Shown here one piece after another: positions 40,954-50,147 of a stretch of DNA of 64,000 nt. The DNA comes from an uncultured delta proteobacterium (GTDB lineage Bacteria; Desulfobacterota; Syntrophia; Syntrophales; UBA5619). Position 1 is the first letter of the stretch; the number at the start of each line of letters is the position of its first letter. The DNA is taken from positions 17,811 through 81,810 of the forward strand of contig CAWFOM010000014.1 in NCBI GenBank assembly GCA_963817385.1. The letters are read 5' to 3'. A program made the position numbers and the translations under genes. The notes under the pieces were generated by a model. It searched no databases. It was not told the DNA's origin and saw only the letters and a program-made list of their open reading frames with translations.

Positions 40954-42321
40954 TCACTTGGCCGTTTTTGCCGCGTTCAGGAATCGCCGTTGATAGGAAA
41001 TAACCTGATTCGTGCTGGCAAAACGGGCCAGGTATTCCGGCTCCGCGGTGATTACTACCCGGTCCATCATATCCTCGAACTCCTCCTCGGTAAGCATCGA
41101 GTCGATCGCCGGATACATGGTATCCCCTTCCATGCTGCAGATGATGAGCCTCGTGTCCGGCAGATTGCAGTTCCTCAGCACCCTGAGGTTATGGCGAACG
41201 CTGTCAAGGCCGTCATCGCCTTCAAACCCTTCTTCAACCTGCCGGTATTTGACGATCCGCTCCCCCATTTTCTTTACATCGAACAGGTCCATTCCGGCCG
41301 CGCTGGCAGGGAGGTAATCCTTTTCAATAAAGAATTTCCTCAGCTCGGTCAGGAATTGCCGATCGTCGGATACCCGGTACAGATCGAGATACTGCTTGAT
41401 GGAAGCGCTCTGCATCTGGCGATGCCGGATGAAGCTGTTGATGAAATACGGCTTCGCCTGCAGGGCAAAGGCCGTCTGGTACGGTTCGAACATGAGCGTA
41501 AAATTGATCCGGAAACCGTGATCGCGCAGCGTGAGGGCCAGGTTATGCCCGTGCACCATGTCCGCAGTCGAACCTTGATCGCATTTCTTCTTGAACATCT
41601 TGTCGCCTTCCAGAAGCTCGCACATGTTCTGAGAATTGACGGGCCCGGTATGCGGGACCTTGATGACCACGCGGTAGGGCGACAGCATCTCCCGGAATTT
41701 TTCCGCTTCATCAAGACACTTCTGTACATCGTCGAAGGGATTGTTCAGCTCCACGCTGATATCGGCGCCCGGGCCCAAGATCCTTCCGATCTCCTGCATC
41801 ACCTCTTCCCGCGTCTTGAATTTTCCGCCCACATTCGCCTTCGCATTATTGATGAACAGGTCGTAGATAATCCCGGGGTTGCAGGTCAAATTCACGATGA
41901 GACGGCTGATCGGCCCCACTTCATACGGGTTTGCGGAATCGGCGGAAAACAGGACGTTCGTCGGCCTCTTCTGTCCGTTTTTATCGTACGAGATATCCCG
42001 CACCAGATCCGCCCTGAGGACGCTGTCCTTCTCGAGCACATATTCGATCCGGAAGCCCTGCGGCGTCTCCGATTCGGGGACTTTGAAATAGTCGATCACT
42101 TCCCGGAAATTCCGCGTAACCCCGATCATCTTCGTGACATATTTCATCTCGTCGAGCATCTCCAGCGTAACCGGCAGATCGAGGACGCGGTTTACATAGC
42201 CCTCTTCCCCGTTTATCACCGACGCGCCTTCGCCCTTTTTATCGGACAAAAGTGCGCGCACAGAGGTCCTGATCCCTTCATCCATGACATGTTCTCTTCC
42301 ATAGTTCGGCATTTGCTTCAT
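40954..42321 (-). CDS. Extended transaldolase-family protein
   Basis: SADSA, LTCNPGII (TTNP equivalent), VVIKVP (Schiff-base Lys), INFTLMF, SFIRH; about 120-aa N-terminal extension. Confidence 0.8.
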   Translation of the reverse strand: MKQMPNYGREHVMDEGIRTSVRALLSDKKGEGASVINGEEGYVNRVLDLPVTLEMLDEMKYVTKMIGVTRNFREVIDYFKVPESETPQGFRIEYVLEKDSVLRADLVRDISYDKNGQKRPTNVLFSADSANPYEVGPISRLIVNLTCNPGIIYDLFINNAKANVGGKFKTREEVMQEIGRILGPGADISVELNNPFDDVQKCLDEAEKFREMLSPYRVVIKVPHTGPVNSQNMCELLEGDKMFKKKCDQGSTADMVHGHNLALTLRDHGFRINFTLMFEPYQTAFALQAKPYFINSFIRHRQMQSASIKQYLDLYRVSDDRQFLTELRKFFIEKDYLPASAAGMDLFDVKKMGERIVKYRQVEEGFEGDDGLDSVRHNLRVLRNCNLPDTRLIICSMEGDTMYPAIDSMLTEEEFEDMMDRVVITAEPEYLARFASTNQVISYQRRFLNAAKTAK

Positions 42322-42397
42322 TATCTCTCACCTCGTTATGATTTTGGCGTCCCTCGTGCAACGCTTCGTTATCGCATCGGTCCGTCTTTCCTGCACG

Positions 42398-43411
42398 CTA
42401 TTTCTTCTTCAGGTGTTTCCATCGATCCAGGGTAAGAACCTCCGGATTGGCCGTGTTGTCGGGAATGAACCCGTTGAACAGATCGACCACGCGCTCTGCC
42501 CCTGCCACGGCCATCCGCGTCACGCACTCTTCGGTAAGCGCCGCGGTATGGGGGGTCAGAATCACATTCTTCAACGTCAACAGCTCGTTTCCCGGCTCTA
42601 TCGGCTCATGCTCGAATACATCGAGACCCGCGCCGGCAATGACCCCTTCCTTCAGGGCCCGGATGAGATCGTTCTCGTCGATGACCCCTCCCCGCGACGT
42701 ATTGATGAGAAAGGCCGTCCGCTTCATCCGTGAGAAGAACTGCCGGTTGAACATCCTTTCCGTATCCTTGTTCAGCGGCGTGTGGATCGAAATGACATCG
42801 GCGGCGCCGCAGAGCTCGGGCAGGTCGGTGAACGTCACCCAATCCCGATAGTTCGCCTTCTGCTCGTCGCTCAGGAGCAGATCGTACGCCAGGACCTTCA
42901 TCGCAAACACCGTGCGGCACGCATGAGCGATGAGGGAGCCGATCCTCCCGAATCCCACGATCCCGATCGTCTTTTCGCGCAGATCCTGCGGATGGTTCTT
43001 GTACCGTATCGCGAAATTCCCTTTCCGCACTTCGCCGTCCAGGAGGAACAGTTGCTTGAAAAGCGCCAGGATCAGCGCCAGCGCGTGTTCGGCAACCGAG
43101 GTGGTATTCACGCCGATGCTGGAGGTCACAATGATCCCCCGCTCCGTCGCGGCGGGGATGTCGACGTTGTCGACTCCGGCGCCGGTGCGGGAAATCATCA
43201 TGAGTTCGTTCGGATACGCGAGAAGCTCGCGGGTGATCCTGATCCCGGTCCTCAGAACGATCGCCTGCGCCCCGCTCATCAGCGGACCGACGATCTCCGG
43301 CCGCGGTTCGCCCGCCCGGATCAGCTCCACATTGCTCTTTTCCAGGACACCGACCGCTTCATCCTCAATCGGCTGCGGCAGCAGAACCTGCATCTTTTTC
43401 GCCATGGTCAA
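42398..43411 (-). CDS. D-isomer-specific 2-hydroxyacid dehydrogenase (SerA-like, no ACT domain)
   Basis: RTGAGVDNVD, SVAEH, GIVGFGRIG, INTSRGG, LDVFEHEP, TPHTA. Confidence 0.92.
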   Translation of the reverse strand: MTMAKKMQVLLPQPIEDEAVGVLEKSNVELIRAGEPRPEIVGPLMSGAQAIVLRTGIRITRELLAYPNELMMISRTGAGVDNVDIPAATERGIIVTSSIGVNTTSVAEHALALILALFKQLFLLDGEVRKGNFAIRYKNHPQDLREKTIGIVGFGRIGSLIAHACRTVFAMKVLAYDLLLSDEQKANYRDWVTFTDLPELCGAADVISIHTPLNKDTERMFNRQFFSRMKRTAFLINTSRGGVIDENDLIRALKEGVIAGAGLDVFEHEPIEPGNELLTLKNVILTPHTAALTEECVTRMAVAGAERVVDLFNGFIPDNTANPEVLTLDRWKHLKKK

Positions 43412-43418
43412 TCCCTAT

Positions 43419-44192
43419 CTATCTCAGGTACCGGCCGCCGCAGACATCCAGGGTAATGCCGGTGATATAGCTCGCCTCGTCGGACGCCAGAAAGACGACG
43501 GCCGCGGTGATCTCCTCAACCTTGCTCAGCCGCCGCAAGGGGATCTGCGCATACACCTTCTCCTGCTCCTCCTTGCTCCGGGCGTCCCAGAGGCCCTGCA
43601 TCCGCTGACTGGTCATGCTGACCGTCGGCGCGACGGCGTTGATCCGGATGCCGCTCGGACCGAAATCGTAGGCCAACTGCCGGGTAAGGCCCTCGACGCC
43701 GGCCTTGGCCGCCGAATACTGGACCCCCGCCAGCGAGGCCCGCCAGTGGCCGGCCAGCGCCGAGATATTGACGATCGCGCCCGTTCCCTGCTTGACCATC
43801 ACGGGAATCACCTGCTGGCAGCAGAGAAACGTACCCTTCAGGTTGACGTTCACCACGAGGTCCCAATGCTTCTCTTCGATCTCATCGAGCTTGTGCGGTG
43901 TGTTCAACGCACCGCCCGCATTGTTCACCAGCAGATCGACGCGTCCCCACGCGTTCAGAATTTGCTTCACTGCCGTTTCGACCTCGGAGCGATTCGTAAT
44001 ATCCACCCTGACCCCGATCGCCTCAGCGCCCTCTTTGCGCTTTATCTCTTCAACCGCCGCTCCGATCGTCTGATCGTTGATGTCGGCAACGACGATCTTC
44101 GCCCCTTCCCGGGCGCATGCATGGGCGATCGCCAGCCCCATTCCCTGTCCGGCGCCGGTGACGACGGCGACCCTCTCCTTCAGCCTCTCCAT
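43419..44192 (-). CDS. Short-chain dehydrogenase/reductase
   Basis: TGAGQGMG, NNAG, YSAAK. Confidence 0.93.
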   Translation of the reverse strand: MERLKERVAVVTGAGQGMGLAIAHACAREGAKIVVADINDQTIGAAVEEIKRKEGAEAIGVRVDITNRSEVETAVKQILNAWGRVDLLVNNAGGALNTPHKLDEIEEKHWDLVVNVNLKGTFLCCQQVIPVMVKQGTGAIVNISALAGHWRASLAGVQYSAAKAGVEGLTRQLAYDFGPSGIRINAVAPTVSMTSQRMQGLWDARSKEEQEKVYAQIPLRRLSKVEEITAAVVFLASDEASYITGITLDVCGGRYLR

Positions 44193-44230
44193 TCAATCCT
44201 CCCTGGAATATAAAACTAATAATGCAGCCC

Positions 44231-45124
44231 CTATTTGAATTTGCTCTTGCCGAGGGAGGCCTTCAGTGTTGCAAGCTGCTCCCCGGTGAGCGGCAGCAGC
44301 GGCTTGCGGGGAGCACCGCCGCAGAACCCGCCGAGGTCCATCGCCGCCTTGACCCCCGCCACACCAAACGAACCGGACACCTCCTTGTTCAACGCGATGA
44401 GGGACGTGTTCAACGCTTCGGCCTCCTGCATCTTTCCCTCTTTGAAGAGCGCATAGAGCTTCGCACAGGCGTCGGGGTAGACGTTGGCAAGCGAAAGCAC
44501 ACCGCCGGTCCCGCCCGCCTTCAGCAGGTCGAGAAAATAGTTGGCGGTCCCCGCAAGGACACACAGCTTCCCCTTGGCCGCCTCGAGATTCTGCTTGTAC
44601 GTCTCGCTCGAACTGTCCTTGATCCCGATGACGTTCGGATGATCCTTCACAAGATCGATCAGGTCGGCCCGGATGGTGACGGCCGAGGCGACCGAAGGGT
44701 TGTTGTACAGAACCACCGGTATCGGAGAGGCGTCCGCCACGTCGGTGATGTACCCCGCAAGGACCTCCGGGGTCATCTTTTTCGCAAAGAAATGGGGCAT
44801 GAGAAGGCTTGCCATATCGGCGCCTTCATCCGCCGCCCGCAGGGTCATCTCGATGGTCTCCTTCGTGCTTTCGAAACCCGTTCCCGCCATCACCACCTTG
44901 CCCTTCGCCCGGTATTTCACGACCGTCCGCAGGACTTCGACACGTTCTCCGACGGACAGGGACTTGTACTCCCCGTTCGTTCCGAGCACAAAATATCCCG
45001 CCAGAGCGGTCTCGTTCATCTTCTCGACATTGGCGATGAGCCCATGAAACAACACCCGGTCGCCCTTGAACGGGGTGACCATCGGGGTAAGAACACCGGA
45101 GAGTTCCCGCTTTTTTCCTGTCAT
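44231..45124 (-). CDS. DHDPS/NAL-family aldolase (HOGA/KDG aldolase-like)
   Basis: PMVTPF, GTNGE, VLYNNP, GIKDSS. Confidence 0.9.
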   Translation of the reverse strand: MTGKKRELSGVLTPMVTPFKGDRVLFHGLIANVEKMNETALAGYFVLGTNGEYKSLSVGERVEVLRTVVKYRAKGKVVMAGTGFESTKETIEMTLRAADEGADMASLLMPHFFAKKMTPEVLAGYITDVADASPIPVVLYNNPSVASAVTIRADLIDLVKDHPNVIGIKDSSSETYKQNLEAAKGKLCVLAGTANYFLDLLKAGGTGGVLSLANVYPDACAKLYALFKEGKMQEAEALNTSLIALNKEVSGSFGVAGVKAAMDLGGFCGGAPRKPLLPLTGEQLATLKASLGKSKFK

Positions 45125-45138
45125 GTACGCCTCCTAAT

Positions 45139-45253
45139 TGAATCTCTCCGCAGCAAGCTGCAGAGAATCTTCGATCCTTAAGCGGAACAACCTATACGTC
45201 TATGCTCGCTTACCCCGCAGCAAGCTGCGGGGAATGGCTCGCTGGCGGATTCA
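45139..45253. repeat. REP-like double-hairpin element, copy A
   Basis: Two CGCAGC-AA-GCTGC hairpins bounded by TGAATC...GATTCA; about 86% identical to 49973-50089 by manual alignment. Confidence 0.8.
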
Positions 45254-46496
45254 TGAATCGCACGAGCTCGTTCACCATGGCATCGATGAAGGCATCGTCG
45301 TTGATGTGCAGATCAAGTTCGTCATACGGTATCGAGGGCGACAGTCGCGCCTTGAGTCTCCGGATGAACGCCGCGTTGCATTCGGGGTCCCAGTGCGCCC
45401 GCCCTTCATGGTCGGGATAGGAAAAACCCTTAAGAGGGATGAAGACATGCGTCGGTCCATTCGCCCGGTTGAGCCGCTCGGCCACGATGCCCGCGGTCCG
45501 TTCGATCTCCTCCCGGGAGAGCCGGACCAGGGTGAGGAATGAGTTGTGAACGATATATTTCCTCCCCAGCAGCATTTCCGGGGAAAGCGTCTCGATCGGC
45601 CCCCGGACCGCATAATTGATGCTTCCCGGTGCAACGACCTGAGGAATGCCGAGCGCCCCCGCGGAGACGAGCCGGTAATCCCTGATCGCGGCGTGAAGCC
45701 CCTTCCCGACGGAATCCCCCAGTTCGTGAAGATTGAGGTCGAGCACCCCCTTGAAAATCCTTTCGCGGATCATGTCTTCCATGGCTATCCCGCCCGTTCC
45801 GTTCTGATGGAACGCGATGGCATCGAAGCCTTTTTCCAGGAGGAGCTTTTTGGCCCGCATCGCCCCCTGGGTAACGGTGCCGAGCATGGAAAGGGCGACG
45901 GGAACGCGGCCGGAAGGCTGATCGCTCGCCCGGGCCGCGTCTCTGACCATGCCGCAGACCGCCGCCGCCGCATTGTCGAACACCCGCCGGGTCATAAAAT
46001 TGATCCCCTGGATATCCGCAACGGAGTGCATGATGATGATGTCCTTCGTTCCCACGAACGGTCCGAAGGTCGCCCGTCCGGAGGCGACGGTGGAGACCAT
46101 GAATTTCGGGACGCCGAACGGGAGCTCCCGCATCGCGGCGGTTCCGATATCGGTGCCCTGCGCGCCGCCTATCGAAAGGATGCCCTGGAATCTCCCTTCA
46201 TCGTAGAGCCGCTTCGCCCACACGCAGGCCCCTCTGGCCATCGTGCCGATGCACCGTCCCTTGTCCCCGGAAGCGATCATCTCGGCGATCGACGCTCCTC
46301 CCGCCTCCGCAACCTGATGGCGGGTAACATCGGCGGCATTCCCGCTTTCCTCGAGAATCCCCGTATCCATGGAAACCACCCGGCATCCCAGGGACTCTAT
46401 TTTGTTCCTGAGGTACAGGGCCTCCTCGGCCTTGGTATCGAATGTCGCGATCAACAGGATCGCAGGCGCCTGCGCTGTATCCGCTCCGTTCACCAA
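45210..46496 (-). CDS. Tm-1-like ATP-binding domain protein (UPF0261)
   Basis: ATFDTKAEE, GGAQGT, LPFGVPKFMVSTVASG, FHQNGTGG, IPQVVAPG, HINDDAF. Confidence 0.9.
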   Translation of the reverse strand: MVNGADTAQAPAILLIATFDTKAEEALYLRNKIESLGCRVVSMDTGILEESGNAADVTRHQVAEAGGASIAEMIASGDKGRCIGTMARGACVWAKRLYDEGRFQGILSIGGAQGTDIGTAAMRELPFGVPKFMVSTVASGRATFGPFVGTKDIIIMHSVADIQGINFMTRRVFDNAAAAVCGMVRDAARASDQPSGRVPVALSMLGTVTQGAMRAKKLLLEKGFDAIAFHQNGTGGIAMEDMIRERIFKGVLDLNLHELGDSVGKGLHAAIRDYRLVSAGALGIPQVVAPGSINYAVRGPIETLSPEMLLGRKYIVHNSFLTLVRLSREEIERTAGIVAERLNRANGPTHVFIPLKGFSYPDHEGRAHWDPECNAAFIRRLKARLSPSIPYDELDLHINDDAFIDAMVNELVRFMNPPASHSPQLAAG

Positions 46497-46755
46497 CCGC
46501 TCCGCCGCTCATGATCGTTCATGGTTTAAACCCGCACTGTCTGGAATCACCCGGACCGCTCTCGTCCGCTCTGGCGGGGGAAATTGTGAACACACCCTTG
46601 ACTTTTCGCACCCGGAACGTCGGAGTGACCAGCATTATCCGCAAGGATGCAACACTCGGTTTTTGGTGGTCGGCTGACTTTATCAGACAGACTTCGCAAC
46701 CAACTGGATTTCCCTGGCTTTGCCCGATACACGAAGCACTTGTTTATGGCAGGGG

Positions 46756-46784
46756 AGTATATGAAGATGGCTTTTCCGTGTCAA
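46756..46784 (-). promoter_or_regulatory. Sigma-70 promoter of the Tm-1...tctCBA operon
   Basis: TTGACA (46784-46779), 17 nt, TATACT (46761-46756). Confidence 0.65.
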
Positions 46785-46839
46785 GACAATTTATAGCCAA
46801 TTTATAGCCGTCGTTCGTAAACACGTTCGTAAACTCTGC

Positions 46840-46868
46840 TTGACATACAGAGACGCATTTCTTATGCT
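46840..46868 (+). promoter_or_regulatory. Sigma-70 promoter of the aminotransferase
   Basis: TTGACA (46840-46845), 17 nt, TATGCT (46863-46868). Confidence 0.6.
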
Positions 46869-46910
46869 CATTTCATATAACAGCAACCCCGACCACAGGG
46901 AGGCAGCACC

Positions 46911-48272
46911 ATGAGCGAGCGCGACATTCAATCCGCAACCCGAGCCGATCAGGCCCATATCATTCATCCCTTGCACCATCCCAGCGAACATCAAGCCCCG
47001 AAAATCTGGGTCAAGGGGGAGGGTTCCCTCGTTACGGACCTCGAAGGCAAAACGTATATCGACGGATTGTCCGGGTTATGGAACGTCAATATCGGCCACG
47101 GCCGCAAGGAGTTGGCCGCCGCGGCCGCCGCGCAAATGGAAAAATTGGCCTTCATGCCCTGCTATACGGGCGGGTCCAACCTGCCGGCGATCGAACTCGC
47201 GGAGCGGCTGGCGGAACTAACCTACCCGTCCATCAACAAGTTCTTCTTCACCAGCGGCGGCGGCGAATCCACCGAATCGTCCATCAAGACCGCCCGCTTT
47301 TACTGGAAGGCCAAAGGCAAACCAAACAAATGGAAGGTGATCTCCCGCGAGTGGGCCTATCACGGCGTAACCTTGGCGGCGATGAGCGCCACGGGAATGA
47401 GCGCCTATTGGTCGATGTTCGAGCCCCGCACGCCGGGTTTTATTCATATCAAGTCGCCCTACCCCTATTTTTTCAATTACGAGCACCAACAGTCCGGAAG
47501 ATCCGGGTCCCCCGGCATCGCCGCCGCAAACCTGCTGGAAGAGGCGATCCTGAAGGAAGGCGCGGATAATATTGCCGCGTTCATCGCCGAACCCGTGCAG
47601 GGCGCGGGGGGCGTGATCGTACCGCAGGACGACTACTTCAAGCGGATCCGGGAAATATGCGATACATATGACGTGTTGTTCATCGCGGACGAGGTCATCA
47701 CGGGATTCGGGCGCACGGGGAAATGGTTTGCACTGGATCATTGGGGCGTTGAGCCGGACATCATGAACTTCGCCAAGGGTGTGACCTCGGGGTATGTGCC
47801 CCTGGGCGGCATCGGCATCAGCGACAAGATCGCCCAAGCCATCGACAGCGTCGATGTTAGCAAACGCTACATGCACGCCTTCACCTATTCCGGCCACCCC
47901 ACGACCTGCGCCGTGGCCCTTGCCAATCTGACCTACATGGAGCGCAACGACCTGGTAATCAAAGCCGCGGAAACCGGGGCATATCTGCAGAGCACATTGA
48001 AGCAGGTCGAAGCTCACCCCCATGTGGGCGAAACCCGGGGCCTGGGCATGATGGCCGCGGTTGAACTTATCGAGAATAAGGCCGCCCGCAAACGGTTCGA
48101 CGAATCATTGAAGATCGGGGAGAAATTCCAGGCGAAAATGACCGATCTCGGGATTTGGTCGCGCATCAACGGGGACCGGTACTTCATCGCGCCACCGCTG
48201 ACGACCACACGCAACGAAATCGATCGCATCGTGGAGGCGGTCGACAAAGCTCTGCGTGCAACGTTCCCCTGA
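46911..48272 (+). CDS. Class III PLP aminotransferase (omega-amine/polyamine:pyruvate type)
   Basis: YIDGLSGLWNVNIGHG, AYHG, FIAEPVQGAGG, ADEVITGFGRTG, FAKGVTSGY, TYSGHP. Confidence 0.94.
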   Translation: MSERDIQSATRADQAHIIHPLHHPSEHQAPKIWVKGEGSLVTDLEGKTYIDGLSGLWNVNIGHGRKELAAAAAAQMEKLAFMPCYTGGSNLPAIELAERLAELTYPSINKFFFTSGGGESTESSIKTARFYWKAKGKPNKWKVISREWAYHGVTLAAMSATGMSAYWSMFEPRTPGFIHIKSPYPYFFNYEHQQSGRSGSPGIAAANLLEEAILKEGADNIAAFIAEPVQGAGGVIVPQDDYFKRIREICDTYDVLFIADEVITGFGRTGKWFALDHWGVEPDIMNFAKGVTSGYVPLGGIGISDKIAQAIDSVDVSKRYMHAFTYSGHPTTCAVALANLTYMERNDLVIKAAETGAYLQSTLKQVEAHPHVGETRGLGMMAAVELIENKAARKRFDESLKIGEKFQAKMTDLGIWSRINGDRYFIAPPLTTTRNEIDRIVEAVDKALRATFP

Positions 48273-48868
48273 ACCGGCCGGCCAAGGCCGGCCCCCCGGA
48301 CTGAGTTTTGGTTCAAATATAAGCATCAGGATGTCTACCAAGTCACCCCACAAATGCTCCGAAATAACTGCTTGAAGACATCCCGATTCCAGATCAAAAA
48401 GGTTGCCTTTCAAACCCTCTTCAAACTCTCCAATGGATTGTCAGTCTACCCCAGCCGTTCTTTGGTTCGCCTTAGCCGGCTTGCATGCCTCCCCTGCCTC
48501 CCATTTTGAAATACAAAACGGCTTTGCTTTATTCAAGAGGCTCCTCCCAGGATTTTTCCTGCATATTCAAGAATAACGGAGAAGGTTATTTCATACTCTT
48601 ATATCTGCTTATTCTTGATACGGACAATTGAGGGACAATTCGTTGCCGTATCAATGACGCACTGGGTAAGCCAGAGAATGACCGTGCCCGGATTTGGCAT
48701 TACTGAAAAAAGGAAAATCCTTCATCCGTAAAAAAGTGTCAATCCCAGTCACTTAACCTGTTTCTCTTTGGTATGTCTCCTTCTTTTTGCAGGAATAATC
48801 ATACAAAAATGAGTGACGAAAATACCGCCGTTTTCATTATTCTCAATGTAACCCTTATGTTAACTAAT

Positions 48869-48884
48869 CGGCATATAATTTGCT
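48869..48884 (+). promoter_or_regulatory. Sigma-54-like promoter
   Basis: CGGCAT-ATAAT-TTGCT with GG-N10-GC spacing, in an AT-rich intergenic region about 110 nt before the FN3 gene. Confidence 0.55.
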
Positions 48885-48990
48885 GATGGGGGCGCGGAAG
48901 ATCCGAGGAAGGAATTTGATTCCAGGATATTCTTTATCGGTTCCCATGTGAATTGTCCATGGAGGATATACCCGGGGAGATAAAACGCTA

Positions 48991-49785
48991 TTGATGAGAT
49001 CAATATGTTCGACAACTCTTTTTCTTCTTGTAATCCTCTGTTTTTTTCTATCCTATTCGGTTTCCTCCGCGGCTCAGGCAACCCTGACATGGGATCCACC
49101 GGTTGTTTCTACAGACGTGACCGGATACATGATCCATTATGGGACAGCTTCAGGGGCATATTCACAAGGTATCGACGTCGGCAATACGACAAGCTACACG
49201 GTCAGCAATCTGAATGACGGGCAGATGTATTATTTTGCCGCCACTGCCTATGATCAAGCCGGTAACCAAAGCGTATATTCCAATGAGGTAAGCAATGGTG
49301 CGCCAATTCAGCAATACCTTCTTGTGATCAGTAAACCGGGCATAGGAACGGGCATAGTATCAGGGGCAGGGATAAATTGCGGCGATACATGCCTTGCCCT
49401 CTACAGCCCGGCCACCGTGGTGTCTCTCTCCGCAAAGGCGGATTCCGGATCAACTTTTGCCGGCTGGTCGGGGGGTGGGTGCAGCGGAACCGGGTTGTGC
49501 GTAACTACAATGAACACAGCGACCACCATCACGGCTACGTTCAACAAAAGTATAGGCACCTATGTCATATCCGCAACGGTAAACGGCACGGGTGGCGCCA
49601 TATCCCCCTCCGGTACCTCATCCGTGAGTTACGGAGGGAGTAAAACGTTCACCATTACCCCGAAAACCCGCTATCGTATTGCCGACGTAACGGTGGACGG
49701 TAAATCGGTTGGTGCCGTCACCAGGTACACCTTCAGTAATGTCACGGCCAACCACACAATCGCTGCCGCATTTAAAAGGCGTTGA
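48991..49785 (+). CDS. Secreted fibronectin type III + InlB-B-repeat-like domain protein
   Basis: Signal peptide; TLTWD...GYMIHYG...YYFAATAYD..GNQS (FN3); GINCG..C, FAGWSGGGC, GAISPSG...TFTITP..YRIADVTVDG repeats. Confidence 0.85.
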   Translation: MMRSICSTTLFLLVILCFFLSYSVSSAAQATLTWDPPVVSTDVTGYMIHYGTASGAYSQGIDVGNTTSYTVSNLNDGQMYYFAATAYDQAGNQSVYSNEVSNGAPIQQYLLVISKPGIGTGIVSGAGINCGDTCLALYSPATVVSLSAKADSGSTFAGWSGGGCSGTGLCVTTMNTATTITATFNKSIGTYVISATVNGTGGAISPSGTSSVSYGGSKTFTITPKTRYRIADVTVDGKSVGAVTRYTFSNVTANHTIAAAFKRR

Positions 49786-49972
49786 CCGGCAAAATATTAT
49801 AATCCAACTTTATCTATTGTCCGACTTGAGGTAAGGTCATTTAACCAAGCGCATGTAGTTCCAAAATATAGGGGCCTTGACTTTAACCGATTACGGTCAG
49901 GCTCCTTTGAGGGGCCTGCAATTGTAACACCTCCGGTTCTGCCGGAGGATGCGTATTTACCGCGTAAGAAAT

Positions 49973-50089
49973 TGAAGCTCTCCGCGGCAAGCTGCGGAGA
50001 ATCTTCGATCCTTAAGAGGAACAAAACATTCCGTTTGTGCTCGCTTACCCCGCGGCAAGCCGCGGGAAATGCGCTCGCGGGCGGATTCA
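49973..50089. repeat. REP-like double-hairpin element, copy B
   Basis: Matches 45139-45253; second hairpin CCCGCGGC-AA-GCCGCGGG. Confidence 0.8.
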
Positions 50090-50147
50090 AGATCATCGTC
50101 ATGATGGCGATGCTTCGGCCCTTCAGTGAATCGGCGGGAAGGACTCT

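Noticed and set aside
46670..46730. Possible c-di-GMP-I riboswitch in the Tm-1 operon leader (minus strand GGGCAAAGCCAGGGAAATCC...GCGAAG)
   Set aside because: Only the GGCAAA and GAAA words resemble the consensus; the GGACGCAAAG segment and the second hairpin do not form convincingly. A cmsearch against RF01051 would settle it.
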